A DNA stretch of 56,213 nucleotides, filler included, from Dugesia japonica (taxonomy: Eukaryota): NCBI GenBank assembly GCA_001938525.1. It is 4 parts of 4 records of this genome, joined end to end, with 100 filler letters (N's around TTAATTAATTAA, not from the genome) between each part and the next. Parts side by side here need not be neighbours in the genome. Positions count along the whole stretch, not along the records: positions 1 to 28,118 come from MQRL01642257.1; 3 more parts are not named here. One strand, given 5' to 3'. The notes beneath the pieces were generated by a model. The model did not search any database, was not told the DNA's origin, and saw only the letters and a list, made by a program, of their open reading frames with translations. The position numbers were made by a program, and so were the translations under genes. Shown piece by piece: positions 1 to 10,460 of this stretch (the first letter of the stretch is position 1; each line of letters starts with the position of its first letter).

Positions 1-195
1 TTTTAATTTGTGTGGAAAAATCTATTTTAACTGTTTAATTTGTTATTTTATTTATTTATTTATTTTTTTTATTTTATATTTATTTATTTATATATATTTT
101 TAAAAAATTTTTTGTTAAAATTTTTTTTTTGTTTATAAAAAATTTATTCAACATCAATAAAATATTACATCAAACAACAATACACCAAAAAAATT

Positions 196-497
196 TCATG
201 GAAATCTTTCTAAAATAATGTCCTGCATTACACAGTATGGACATGGATTGGTTTCACTTAATGATATTATTTCAAATTCGTTTTCGAAAAGGTATAAAAC
301 TCTCTCGATATCAATCAACTCTTCTTCCAGAACGTAGTCCTAATATTCTTCTTCTTTCACCAGTTTGGGTTTTCTTTCGCAATCTGGATCCATTTCATTT
401 ATTATTCTTCTTACAAGATCTGAGAAAATGAATAAATAAATAAATAATAATAAAATTTACCTCTTTCGGATATTTCTTCTCCATTTCTTAAAAACAT
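196..497 (-). pseudogene. Small two-exon acidic ORF ending in CPYC (Polinton-associated accessory gene), one internal stop
   Basis: MFLRNGEEISER|DLVRRIINEMDPD...PCPYCVMQDIILERFP*; 41-nt GT-AG intron at 420-460; TAG at 340-342; TATA-like TATATAAAA upstream. Confidence 0.5.
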
Positions 498-919
498 TTT
501 GAAATTATATGTAACAGTAAAATAAATTGTTTTATATACAAATTTGTTGTTGTTTTTGTAACACAACCTAACCAATCAATCATTAATATTTACTTGCTTT
601 GTTTAACTGGCTACTGAATTCCACTTGCATTGAACTTATATTGTTTAAAAAAGGAAAAATCAATCAAAACATGATAATAATCAAAATAACACAATTTCAA
701 CCAATAAAAGCAATACATACAAACTATTCATTTAATGTTTTTCAACGCACACTGTAAAAGCAAAGACATTTAATAAATTATCAGTATTTTAACACGCAAC
801 AAACTTTCGGTTTAACAAAAGATAATGTTATGACAATCGCGGTAGATTACGGAAAACCTTCAGAATTTCNNNNNNNNNNNNNNNNNNNNNNNNNNNNNNN
901 NNNNNNNNNNNNNNNNNNN

Positions 920-1017
920 ATCACTGACCAATCAGAATCAAGTATACTAGATCACTGACCTTTAAAAAATTTGACCTTGACGGGGGGGGTGATTCAGTGC
1001 TGAACAATCTATCTACT
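920..1017 (+). mobile_element. Polinton/Maverick terminal inverted repeat end
   Basis: G-run then gattcagtgc...atctatctact, matching the other ...tatcta(c/t)ctact termini; internal CCAAT and TGACCT motifs. Confidence 0.65.
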
Positions 1018-1391
1018 TAAAATCATTAAAATTCATCATTTACTAGAAAAATCATGAATTTAAAATAAAATGTAAAATTTTGAAATTTAATGAAAATTAA
1101 TTAAAATTAACACATGAAATAAAATTATTATGCGGATTATTATTATTATTATTATAATTATAAATTATTATTATTACGCGAATTAATGCATTCAAGAAAA
1201 TGTATTTATTTTATTTTATTATTTAATATTTATATTTAGGAACCTGTGAAGATACAAAATTAAACCTCAAGTTAAATAAAATTAAACCCTATTTAATAAA
1301 AACGTTATGACAAATAAATAACAAAATAACTATAAAAAAAATAAACAAATTTTAATACTAAAAATTATTAAATTACACTTTTTATTAGCTC

Positions 1392-1668
1392 TTATAAAAG
1401 TGTAATTCTGCATCTAAAACATTCGCAGTTGGCTCGTCGATATATGGAATTGTAATATCTATTTAGAATTGATTGATATTGTTCTTTCTCCAGCGACATT
1501 TTCCATCGAAATAGAATCATATCTATAATATCTAGAAATGAAAATATAAAAATGAAATAATTTAAAAAATAAAACATTACTTTCTTCGTGTATAAGATCC
1601 TCCTGACCATTGGAATCGGCCGATTCTTGACAAGATTTTCTTAATTTTTCCACCTGAATATTATTCAT
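1392..1668 (-). CDS. Small two-exon 75-aa ORF with C-terminal CxCxxC (Polinton accessory, unknown function)
   Basis: Exon 1668-1581, 49-nt GT-AG intron at 1532-1580, exon 1531-1392; the splice joins two track ORFs into one open frame. Confidence 0.5.
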
Positions 1669-1820
1669 TGTATAAAGTTTTTTTTAAATTAACAACTGAT
1701 TAAAATGAAATATGTAATGTGATATATACAATTCTCTGTTTAACACAAGTCAACCAATTAAAACCGTCCAATGAAAACCAATTAATTATCAAACAAGGAA
1801 GTGCCTTGTTATACTTGCAT

Positions 1821-2207
1821 TCATATTGCATGATTCATGTTGTGAAATAAATCAATTAAATTATAAAATTCTGAAATTATATTATCTACATATCCTTGAT
1901 AGTGTAGTGTCTTTATACCAAGTATTACATTTTTTCCAGATGAAAATAAATTTACACATACAGGATCATACTTTGTAACACGTAATGCAGGGAACAATTC
2001 TTGTTCAAACCAATATTTTGTTATTTTTGCTAATTTATACAAATTGATAACTTTTTCNAAATTGATTACAATTGTTAATGATTGCAAACGAATATCTTTA
2101 ATATCATACTGTAATTTTTCCATTTTCAACGGGTTTTTACATCACATTATTCGACAACTTCTTGATTTAAAGAATATTAATGTATATTTTCCACTTTTGT
2201 CAACAAA
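1821..2207 (-). pseudogene. TATA-binding protein (TBP)-like gene within a Polinton remnant; 5' end in N gap, one stop and one frameshift
   Basis: IKDIRLQSLTIVIN.EKVINLYKLAKITKYWFEQELFPALRVTKYDPVCVNLFSSGKNVILGIK aligns by eye with TBP repeat 2 (IQN...YEPELFPGL...LIFxSGKVVLTGAK); upstream YTLIFFKSRSCRIM*CK resembles the end of repeat 1. Confidence 0.75.
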
Positions 2208-2423
2208 NNNNNNNNNNNNNNNNNNNNNNNNNNNNNNNNNNNNNNNNNNNNNNNNNNNNNNNNNNNNNNNNNNNNNNNNNNNNNNNNNNNNNNNNNNNNN
2301 NNNNNNNNNNNNNNNNNNNNNNNNNNNNNNNNNNNNNNNNNNNNNNNNNNNNNNNNNNNNNNNNNNNNNNNNNNNNNNNNNNNNTAGTATTATAAACAAT
2401 TTATTAAATTAAATCTATATAAA

Positions 2424-2624
2424 ATGGAGTTGAGAAATGATGCTGTTTATATAATTGTTGGTCCAAGTGGTAGTGGGAAAACCTTGTTTGATTGCAAGTT
2501 ACTAAAATCTAATTTATTTAAATCAAAATTTAACAAAATATATTGGCACAGAGGTGCAGATGAAGAGTATAGGTTGACACAATCAGAATTTTGCAACATT
2601 AAAATGAAAATTATAAAGGTATAG
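2424..2624 (+). pseudogene. Polinton packaging ATPase (A32/FtsK-like), N-terminal fragment
   Basis: IIVGPSGSGKT Walker A at the N terminus, followed by LLK...F...KIYW; truncated. Confidence 0.75.
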
Positions 2625-2912
2625 TGAAGAAGAAGAGGGGAACGATGAAGATTGGAATAACTTTCAAGTTGTCTCTAACACAAATATTAATATTTTTAAT
2701 CATTTCTTCCTGTTTCAAAGATAACAGATTTATTATTTCCATATTTCTTTTTAAATAATAATTTATTTCGAAAATCATGAATTTATATAATTGTTGGTGT
2801 GTAAGCGTGATTNNNNNNNNNNNNNNNNNNNNNNNNNNNNNNNNNNNNNNNNNNNNNNNNNNNNNNNNNNNNNNNNNNNNNNNNNNNNNNNNNNNNNNNN
2901 NNNNNNNNNNNN

Positions 2913-4815
2913 ATTTGTTTTTCCAAATGTGTTTCAAAGTAATAAAAAAATTAATAGATGTTGAATGCGTTCATCAAAATTAAGACAATCATCAAAATGA
3001 AGGCAATCATCATAATGAAGAAAATAGACAAAATGAAGAAAATCGACAAAATGAAAATTTCGATCAAATTTCAGAATATGATGGAAAATAAAGGCCTACA
3101 ACCGTAGATGATGAGGAAAAATATTTTGAAGCTAATGGTAACTTATTTTTATNNNNNNNNNNNNNNNNNNNNNNNNNNNNNNNNNNNNNNNNNNNNNNNN
3201 NNAAAATTGAAAGTAGTTTTAATTGGTTGTTAAAACTTATATATACTATATACAATTTAACTAAAATCATTTGTTTTTCCAAATGTGTTTCAAAGTAATA
3301 AAAAAATTAATAGATGTTGAATGCGTTCATCAAAATTAAGACAATCATCAAAATGAAGACAATCATCATAATGAAGAAAATCGACAAAATGAAGAAAATC
3401 GACAAAATGAAGAAAATCGACAAAATGAAAATTTCGATCCAATTTTAGAATATGATGGAAAATAAAGGCCTGCAACCTTAGATGATGAGGAAAAATATTT
3501 TGAAGCTAATGGTAACTTATTTTTATCAATTAAATATTTAAAAAATGATTGATTTAGAAAATATCGAATCCGATATACAAATGATGGAAGAAAAATTATC
3601 GAAAAGCTTAGACCTACTAGAAAAATCATCAAATGCATTTGATAAAGGTTTTTAATAGTCTGTACGGAAAGTCCGTTGAAAATTTTAAAAAAATAATACA
3701 TTTACGCTTATGCAATTCAAAGAAAAAGTTGATGACATATAGCTCAAAAGCAAGTTTTAAAAGAGCCATAAAAATAGATCAAGACTTGATAGCTGTTCTT
3801 CTCAACAAAGATATTGTATGTTTGAATCGACCAAACTACATTGGACAAACTGTACTGGACCTATCAAAACTTCGTATGAATCAATTACAATACGATCAGT
3901 CGGAAAAGTACAGGATAGAAGAAAATTGTACAATAAATATTGTAGCTGGCGATATGGATAGTTTTTTCCTGGAGGTTAAAAATATAAGTTTGGAAAAACT
4001 AATCGGTTTAATGGTGAGATATAAGTTATTGCATTTGCAATTTATTTTTTTTTTCATTTGCAATTTATTATTTTGTTTTAGATTTGTTCATGGATTTACT
4101 CGGACTTATATATCCAATTTTAAGAGAGGAGATGATTTATTGCTCACTAGAATTGATTTGGTTCAAAATAAAGACGTTAACAGGAATTGACATAGAAAAT
4201 TTTATAAAAATCTATGAAGAATATAATAAAGATAATAATTGCGAAAATTGCACGGAAAATAAGAAGATTTTGAAAAGAAAGTTTTTTGAATCAATTTATT
4301 TTGATAGTAATAAAAGAAAATGTTAAGTGTATTAGTTACATGTTTTNNNNNNNNNNNNNNNNNNNNNNNNNNNNNNNNNNNNNNNNNNNNNNNNNNTTAT
4401 TTTTATCAATTAAATATTTAAAAAATGATTGATTTAGAAAATATCGAATGTGGTATACAAATGATGGACCGAGAAGAGATATCGAAAGGTTTAGACCTTC
4501 TAGAAAAATCTTCAAATGCATTTGATAAAGGTTTGACTTAATTTTATTTTCAATTTAATATTTTGTTTTAAAATTGTTCATTGATTTACTCGGACTTACA
4601 TATCTTTCTTTAAAAGAAGAGATATTATATTGCGCACCAGAATTGATTTAGTTAAAAAAAAACGTTGACAGGAATTGACATAGAAAATGTTATAAAAATC
4701 TATGAAGAATATAATAAAGACAATAATTGCGAAAATTGTTCGGAAAATAAGAAGATTTTGAAAAGAAAATTTTTTGATTAAATTTATCATGACAGTCATA
4801 AAAGAAAATGTTAGC
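2913..4815 (+). repeat. Locally duplicated, spliced Polinton accessory gene with 18-bp (NEENRQ) microrepeats
   Basis: 2913-3152 is similar to 3269-3530; 3518-3650 to 4397-4533; 4060-4330 to 4550-4815; AATGAAGAAAATCGACAA tandem copies at about 3370-3425. Confidence 0.7.
3650..4030 (+). pseudogene. Protein-primed family B DNA polymerase (pPolB) fragment, Polinton
   Basis: NSLYGKSVEN (motif B), LNRPNYIGQTVLDLSKLRM, IVAGDMDSFF (motif C variant). Confidence 0.88.
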
Positions 4816-5100
4816 TTAATGTCGGTGTATTAGTATAATGTTGTAATATAAATTAATTTATTCAGTCAATTTGTTTTTCTTNNNNNNNNNNNNNNNNNNN
4901 NNNNNNNNNNNNNNNNNNNNNNNNNNNNNNNNNNNNNNNNNNNNNNNNNNNNNNNNNNNNNNNNNNNNNNNNNNNNNNNNNNNNNNNNNNNNNNNNNNNN
5001 NNNNNNNNNNNNNNNNNNNNNNNNNNNNNNNNNNNNNNNNNNNNNNNNNNNNNNNNNNNNNNNNNNNNNNNNNNNNNNNNNNNNNNNNNNNNNNNNNNNN

Positions 5101-5560
5101 AAGGGACATAGAAAAATTTTTGATAAATGATGAGTCACCATGATCTAGAGAATTTGGGCTTTGTTTGTTTTAAACAAATAAAAATTTTTGAAAAAAAATT
5201 TTGACTCACCCTGATCTAGAGAATGTTGGCTTTGTTATTTTAGACAGAAAAATTTTTGAAAGCGATGAGTCACCCTGATCTAGAGAATTTTGGCTTTATT
5301 TGTTTGGACATAGAAAAATTTTTGATGAAATGTATGACTCATCTTGATCTAGAAAAACTATGAGTCATCCTGATCTAGAAAAACGATGAGTCATCGATGA
5401 GTCATGGTCTTTGTTCTATTCAGCGATGAGTCATACCTATGAGTCAACGATGAGTCATCATCTTTGTTCTAGTCATCGATGCGTCATACTTATGACTTAT
5501 GCTCTTTGTCATAAAAGTTCTTTGTCTAGGGGGGATCCAGTGCGCCACTATCTACCTACT
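5101..5560 (+). mobile_element. Polinton terminal inverted repeat with TGA(G/C)TCA array
   Basis: Ends ggatccagtgcgccactatctacctact at 5560 (reverse complement begins AGTAG); about 10 TGAGTCA/TGACTCA copies and tgatctaga repeats. Confidence 0.75.
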
Positions 5561-6220
5561 GGAGTGCATGAGCTCACCTTTTCCTTTGGGTTCAGAGGAC
5601 CAGAGTGTTAGTCCGTCTTAATTTCCATAAAAACAAATGTCTGATTTAAAGCAAAATCCTTTTAATAAATTCAGTGATACTACATGTTTAGTTTAATTCG
5701 TTATTTAAAGTATTTTCGTTAGTATTCTATTGAATGTGAATTATTTCATCAGAAAGAAATTTATTATTTCATTCAAATAGACGAGAACGAAAAACGAAAT
5801 GATGCTATTTTAACCCTTAACCGCAAAATTGTTTTATTACATTAACCACAGCAAAATTTATTATTCAAACAAACTCAAAGAAATTTTTAAATGAAATGAA
5901 CTGTTAATGAGGATTTCGTAAATATTTGGAACCAAAGAATATAATTTAAACAATAGTATTCAAACTCAATTGAAATTAAATCATTAAAAAAACGAATTCA
6001 ATTAATGAAAACAAATTAATTTTGATATTTTTCTTTCTTTTAAAAACGTGTTTATTTGGAAATAAAATTAATAAATCAACCAAGTTTAAAGCGAAATCGA
6101 ATGAACTAAATTTATTAAATTATTTCTTACAAGTTAATCGCATAATCTTAGACACAAATATTAAATAAAAAGGAAAAACTTCTTTATCTCTATCGGTGCC
6201 AGTACATAAAAAAAACCATT

Positions 6221-6263
6221 GATTCAGTGCGCCAAAAATTGTGTCAGTGCGCTACTATCTACT
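6221..6263 (+). mobile_element. Isolated Polinton terminus fragment
   Basis: gattcagtgcgcc...cagtgcgctactatctact. Confidence 0.5.
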
Positions 6264-6646
6264 CACAACAAATACAATAATTATTTTAAAATCATAAAAA
6301 TAGGTCAATAAATATTATAACATTTTCAAACATTTTAAAAATTTATTATTACCTATAAAATCAAAGGCTTTTTCCCAAAATATTTATATTTTTAATTTTA
6401 GATTATATTAAAATTTTTAGAACCTATGAAAATTGAAATTTTTTTTATCATAGGTTTTAAAAATTTTAATATAGGTAACAGTAATAAAATATTATATAAA
6501 TTAATTTTTATTGAAAAGTTGTTAAAAAATTTTAAAAATTAAGAATTTTATTTAAAAATTAAGAATCTTAGCCGTCTTATAGTCAGTATAATCGCATTAA
6601 TCTTTGTTTGAATAATACTGACTGAATAAACTCATTTATTTCATAT

Positions 6647-6687
6647 TTGTCTGATGATGACGGTTAATCCGTCGAAATATTTAACAA
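6647..6687 (+). ncRNA. Minimal type I hammerhead ribozyme (Penelope pseudo-LTR type)
   Basis: UUGU + CUGAUGA + U + stem II GACGG/uuaau/CCGUC + GAAA + palindromic AAAUAUUU + UUA cleavage triplet + ACAA; AATAAA overlaps its 3' end. Confidence 0.85.
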
Positions 6688-7714
6688 TAAAGTTTTATTT
6701 TAAATGGCGTTACTTATTTTTTATTTATAGAATATTTTATTATTATAAAAAAAATTTCAAGTCTTAAAATTTATGTTATTTTCAGAAATTTTGGATCAAA
6801 TTATACATATTGCACATAATTGAAATTTAATGTTGAGAAATAGTAGTAATTTATAACGATTATTTTTCAAATAAACATTTACAATTGATTTATATGAATT
6901 TAATGAAGTTTGAATTATTATGTACTATCAATGTTGATTTATGTATAAAATATAGTCATGAGAAATTTGTAAATTTCAAAATTGAAGTATATGGAAAACA
7001 TCATATTCCCCTGAGTCAGTTAATTTGATGTTAAATTTATTTAGAATTTTGAATCTAACTAACTTACTGTTTATATTAAATTAGTTAATCACATAAACAT
7101 GAAATTGTTTAATTAACAAAAATCTGAAATCATCAACGAATTCATATTTTAACTACAGTTAAATAGTTTAGCATCGGCAGATATTCATGTATTTGTTTTT
7201 TGTTTATTTTTTCGAACTATATAGTTGATTTATATGTGAAAATTTTACAGCTTCTTTAAAGTTTCCATTTACGGTTATCCATGTAAACCTTTTTGCGCCA
7301 CAAATATCTTACCAATTTATATGAAAAAATATTTTATTATTATCGTCATCTTAGTGGCCATATGTTGCAGTTAAGTGTATCAAATTTAAGAATTGGTTCT
7401 CTAAAACCACCAGTTGCTAGAAAATCCAGGTGAAAACCCAGAATTGTTCGAATAAGATCATAAATTCAAAATCAAATGAAAGCTTATTTAATAATATATT
7501 TTATGTTTTTATATTTTAAATTCTTGATAATCCATAATTATTTTTATTTCAATAACAGTCCAATTTAATAAATAGAAAAATTTTCGAATAAATTAAAATT
7601 ACAATTAGAAAAGAAATCCAATTAAGAATAAATAATTTTTAATTAATCAATCTTTTATTGAAATGTTTGTTTATTTAAATCAGTTTAATCATTATTTGTG
7701 GTATTGTATTTTAA

Positions 7715-7794
7715 ATGTCGGGAATATGCTGCCTTAGTTTTTTGTTAGATTGCAAATTATTACTTGTTGTTTTAGGAATAATTTTATTTTACAA
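7715..7794 (+). CDS. CYP exon 1 (MSGICCLSFLLDCKLLLVVLGIILFYK, TM anchor)
   Basis: ATG at 7715, hydrophobic anchor, GT donor at 7795, phase 2. Confidence 0.85.
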
Positions 7795-10305
7795 GTAAAA
7801 CTGAATTTGAAGTTATAAAATTTTTAAAATTAATTTTAAAAGATATGGAAAAAGTAAGCAAAATCTCCATATAAGACTTGGTCGCAAAGGTCCTCCACCA
7901 TGGCCTTATTTTGGAAATTTTGTTGATTTGATAAAATTAGGGCTTCATAGAATGGACAGAGAACATTTACAAAAATATGGAAGAATTTACCCGTGATTAT
8001 TAATACTGTTTTAATTTTTCTTTTAACTTCTCTTTTAGATTCTATTTTGGAAATATTCAGACCATTGTTGTTTCGGATGAGGAATTATTAAAACAAATTT
8101 TGATAAAGGAAGCTAAATGTTTTATGGACAGATTGGTATTCACGAATATTTTACATAATCAATTAAATTATATGAAATCGAATTATTAATTATTTTCTTT
8201 ACTTCAGCACTTAATCAATATTTACCGATCTTAAGCGTGAAATAAGGAATTTATGAAACTTTTCAAACTAAATTTTAATAGAATTATTCATTTTATTTAA
8301 TTACTTAACAAATTCCAATGTTAAAAATAGTGAAAGCTGCTTATTTTGACCACATCTGGAATGCGACTTTTTGGTCCGATTGAAGAAAACTTTAATCTTT
8401 TATTGAGTTCGTTATTTGTGTCTTGGGTCAAATATGCGATTGGTCCGATTATTCGACGGCCAAAATTAAGTGGCTTTCACTAAGTTTTCTTCAAAAAATA
8501 TATTAACAAATAAAAAATAATTTATTTTCAAGTTCCAAAAGAATAAATATATTTTTGGTAGACTTTAAAAAAAATCAAAATATTGAATTATTTATTAATA
8601 GCAACACGTTTCTACAATTTACCTGTTATCTTCGGGAAATTTGTTTTGAACTATGAAGTCGCCTGATTTAAATTTTGCAAACCAGAATTTGCAGTTAGAC
8701 AACGATGGAACGTCAACAGTGTATGTTTCCTCAAGCGTTTTATGTGATTCCGCTACTGATTTACGCATATCGAATAAAAATAATAATACGTGCCTAAAAT
8801 GTAGTTTTGACCTATTCATTTATTGCGCTTTCTAGAAGTGATTATTTAAACAAATATCATTTCTAAATCAATATAAACTTACATTAGATATTCAGATATT
8901 TAAAATAAATTCTTATTTTGACTTTATTACAAAATAAACTAACGTTATAACATTCAAATTAAATAAAGATTTGAATATTAGTTTTTGGATCAATTGATCT
9001 AATTATCAATGCTTCACACGTTACTCTCAAAAATCTCAAAAGTTTTTGCACAAAACTTTGAAATTATAAATATTTATTACTGATTTGCACTGAATATTAT
9101 GTTCTACAATATTGCTGTGACTACCTAACCGACAATGTTTTTGAAGTCTTCTCAATGTATGTGACATTACATCTGTTACACTCATTTGTAAATATGATTA
9201 GAAACCAATTTACAAGGATTCTTAGTCTCCTTACTGAATGCGTTGATAATTTCAAAAAACCGAAACACAATTTTAAATGTTTTAAATATTCTTTACTCCG
9301 AGGACTTTGAATATGTTTAAAATGGTTTGCTAAAATATTCAGTAAATCATTCAAATTTTAAAATTCTGTCTCGGTCTTTTAAAATTACCACTGCATTCAG
9401 TAATAAGTTAACTCGTGTAAATTGGTTTCTAATCTTATTTATAAATAGACGTGTAATAGATATGTAGTCACATATCTAAATATGTAGTCAAATACATTGG
9501 AGAGACTTCTCGTCATTTGTATAAAAGAATTCAGAAACATAGTCTATCAGATAGTCACAGAAATATTGCTGTTAGATGTTTTTGTTTGCTTCATTTAATT
9601 CAATTAAAGCAAGAATTCTAATTCAAAACTTTATTACAACACAAATAATTATTCTTTAAAATTCTTCTTGCTTTCTGAACATTTCTTCCCAAAATTGCCA
9701 TATGCAATTTATGCTTTATACAATTCAAATTATTAAAAAAATATATTTTATTAAATTATTTAAAAATAAAACAATTAAAACTTTATGAATAATATTCCAT
9801 TTCCATATAAAATTTTTATTTTATAATCTGCAATTTTACATTTTAAAACATTAAATAATTTCCTCTTTTAAAAATACCTAATAATTGCAGAACATAATAT
9901 TCAGTGTAAATCAATTATAAATATTTAAAATTTCAAAATTTTGTGCAGAAACTTTAGAGATTTTTTTAAAATGTACTGAGAGAACTAAAGCTTTGGGATC
10001 ATAAGTTTAAGGTTAAACTTATGAGATTTAATACCCCTCTTGAGAGTATTATTTATTAATAATTTGTATATAAAATAATTATATGAGGTTTCTATTTAAT
10101 AACTCAATGCAAAATAGTTTTTTTTAATTTTATCATGTTTCTTTTCAGGATATTGGTTTCAATGGAAAAAGTACTGAAAAAATGTTAACCGTTTTGAAAG
10201 GTAAAGATTGGGAAAGAGTTAGAAATCTGATTTCTCCTACTTTTACATCTGGAAAACTTAGAAAAGTTTTATATTATTATTATAATTATTATCATTATTA
10301 TTATG

Positions 10306-10355
<50 letters not shown>

Positions 10356-10405
10356 NNNNNNNNNNNNNNNNNNNNNNNNNNNNNNNNNNNNNNNNNNNNN
10401 NNNNN

Positions 10406-10460
<55 letters not shown>

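Noticed and set aside
1821-2207. Host TBP or TRF2 gene
   Set aside because: Far too divergent for a core metazoan TBP, no visible introns, disrupted, present twice and embedded in Polinton sequence.
3633-4190. 185-aa ORF as an intact gene
   Set aside because: Chimera of accessory-gene exon, pPolB fragment and intron sequence.
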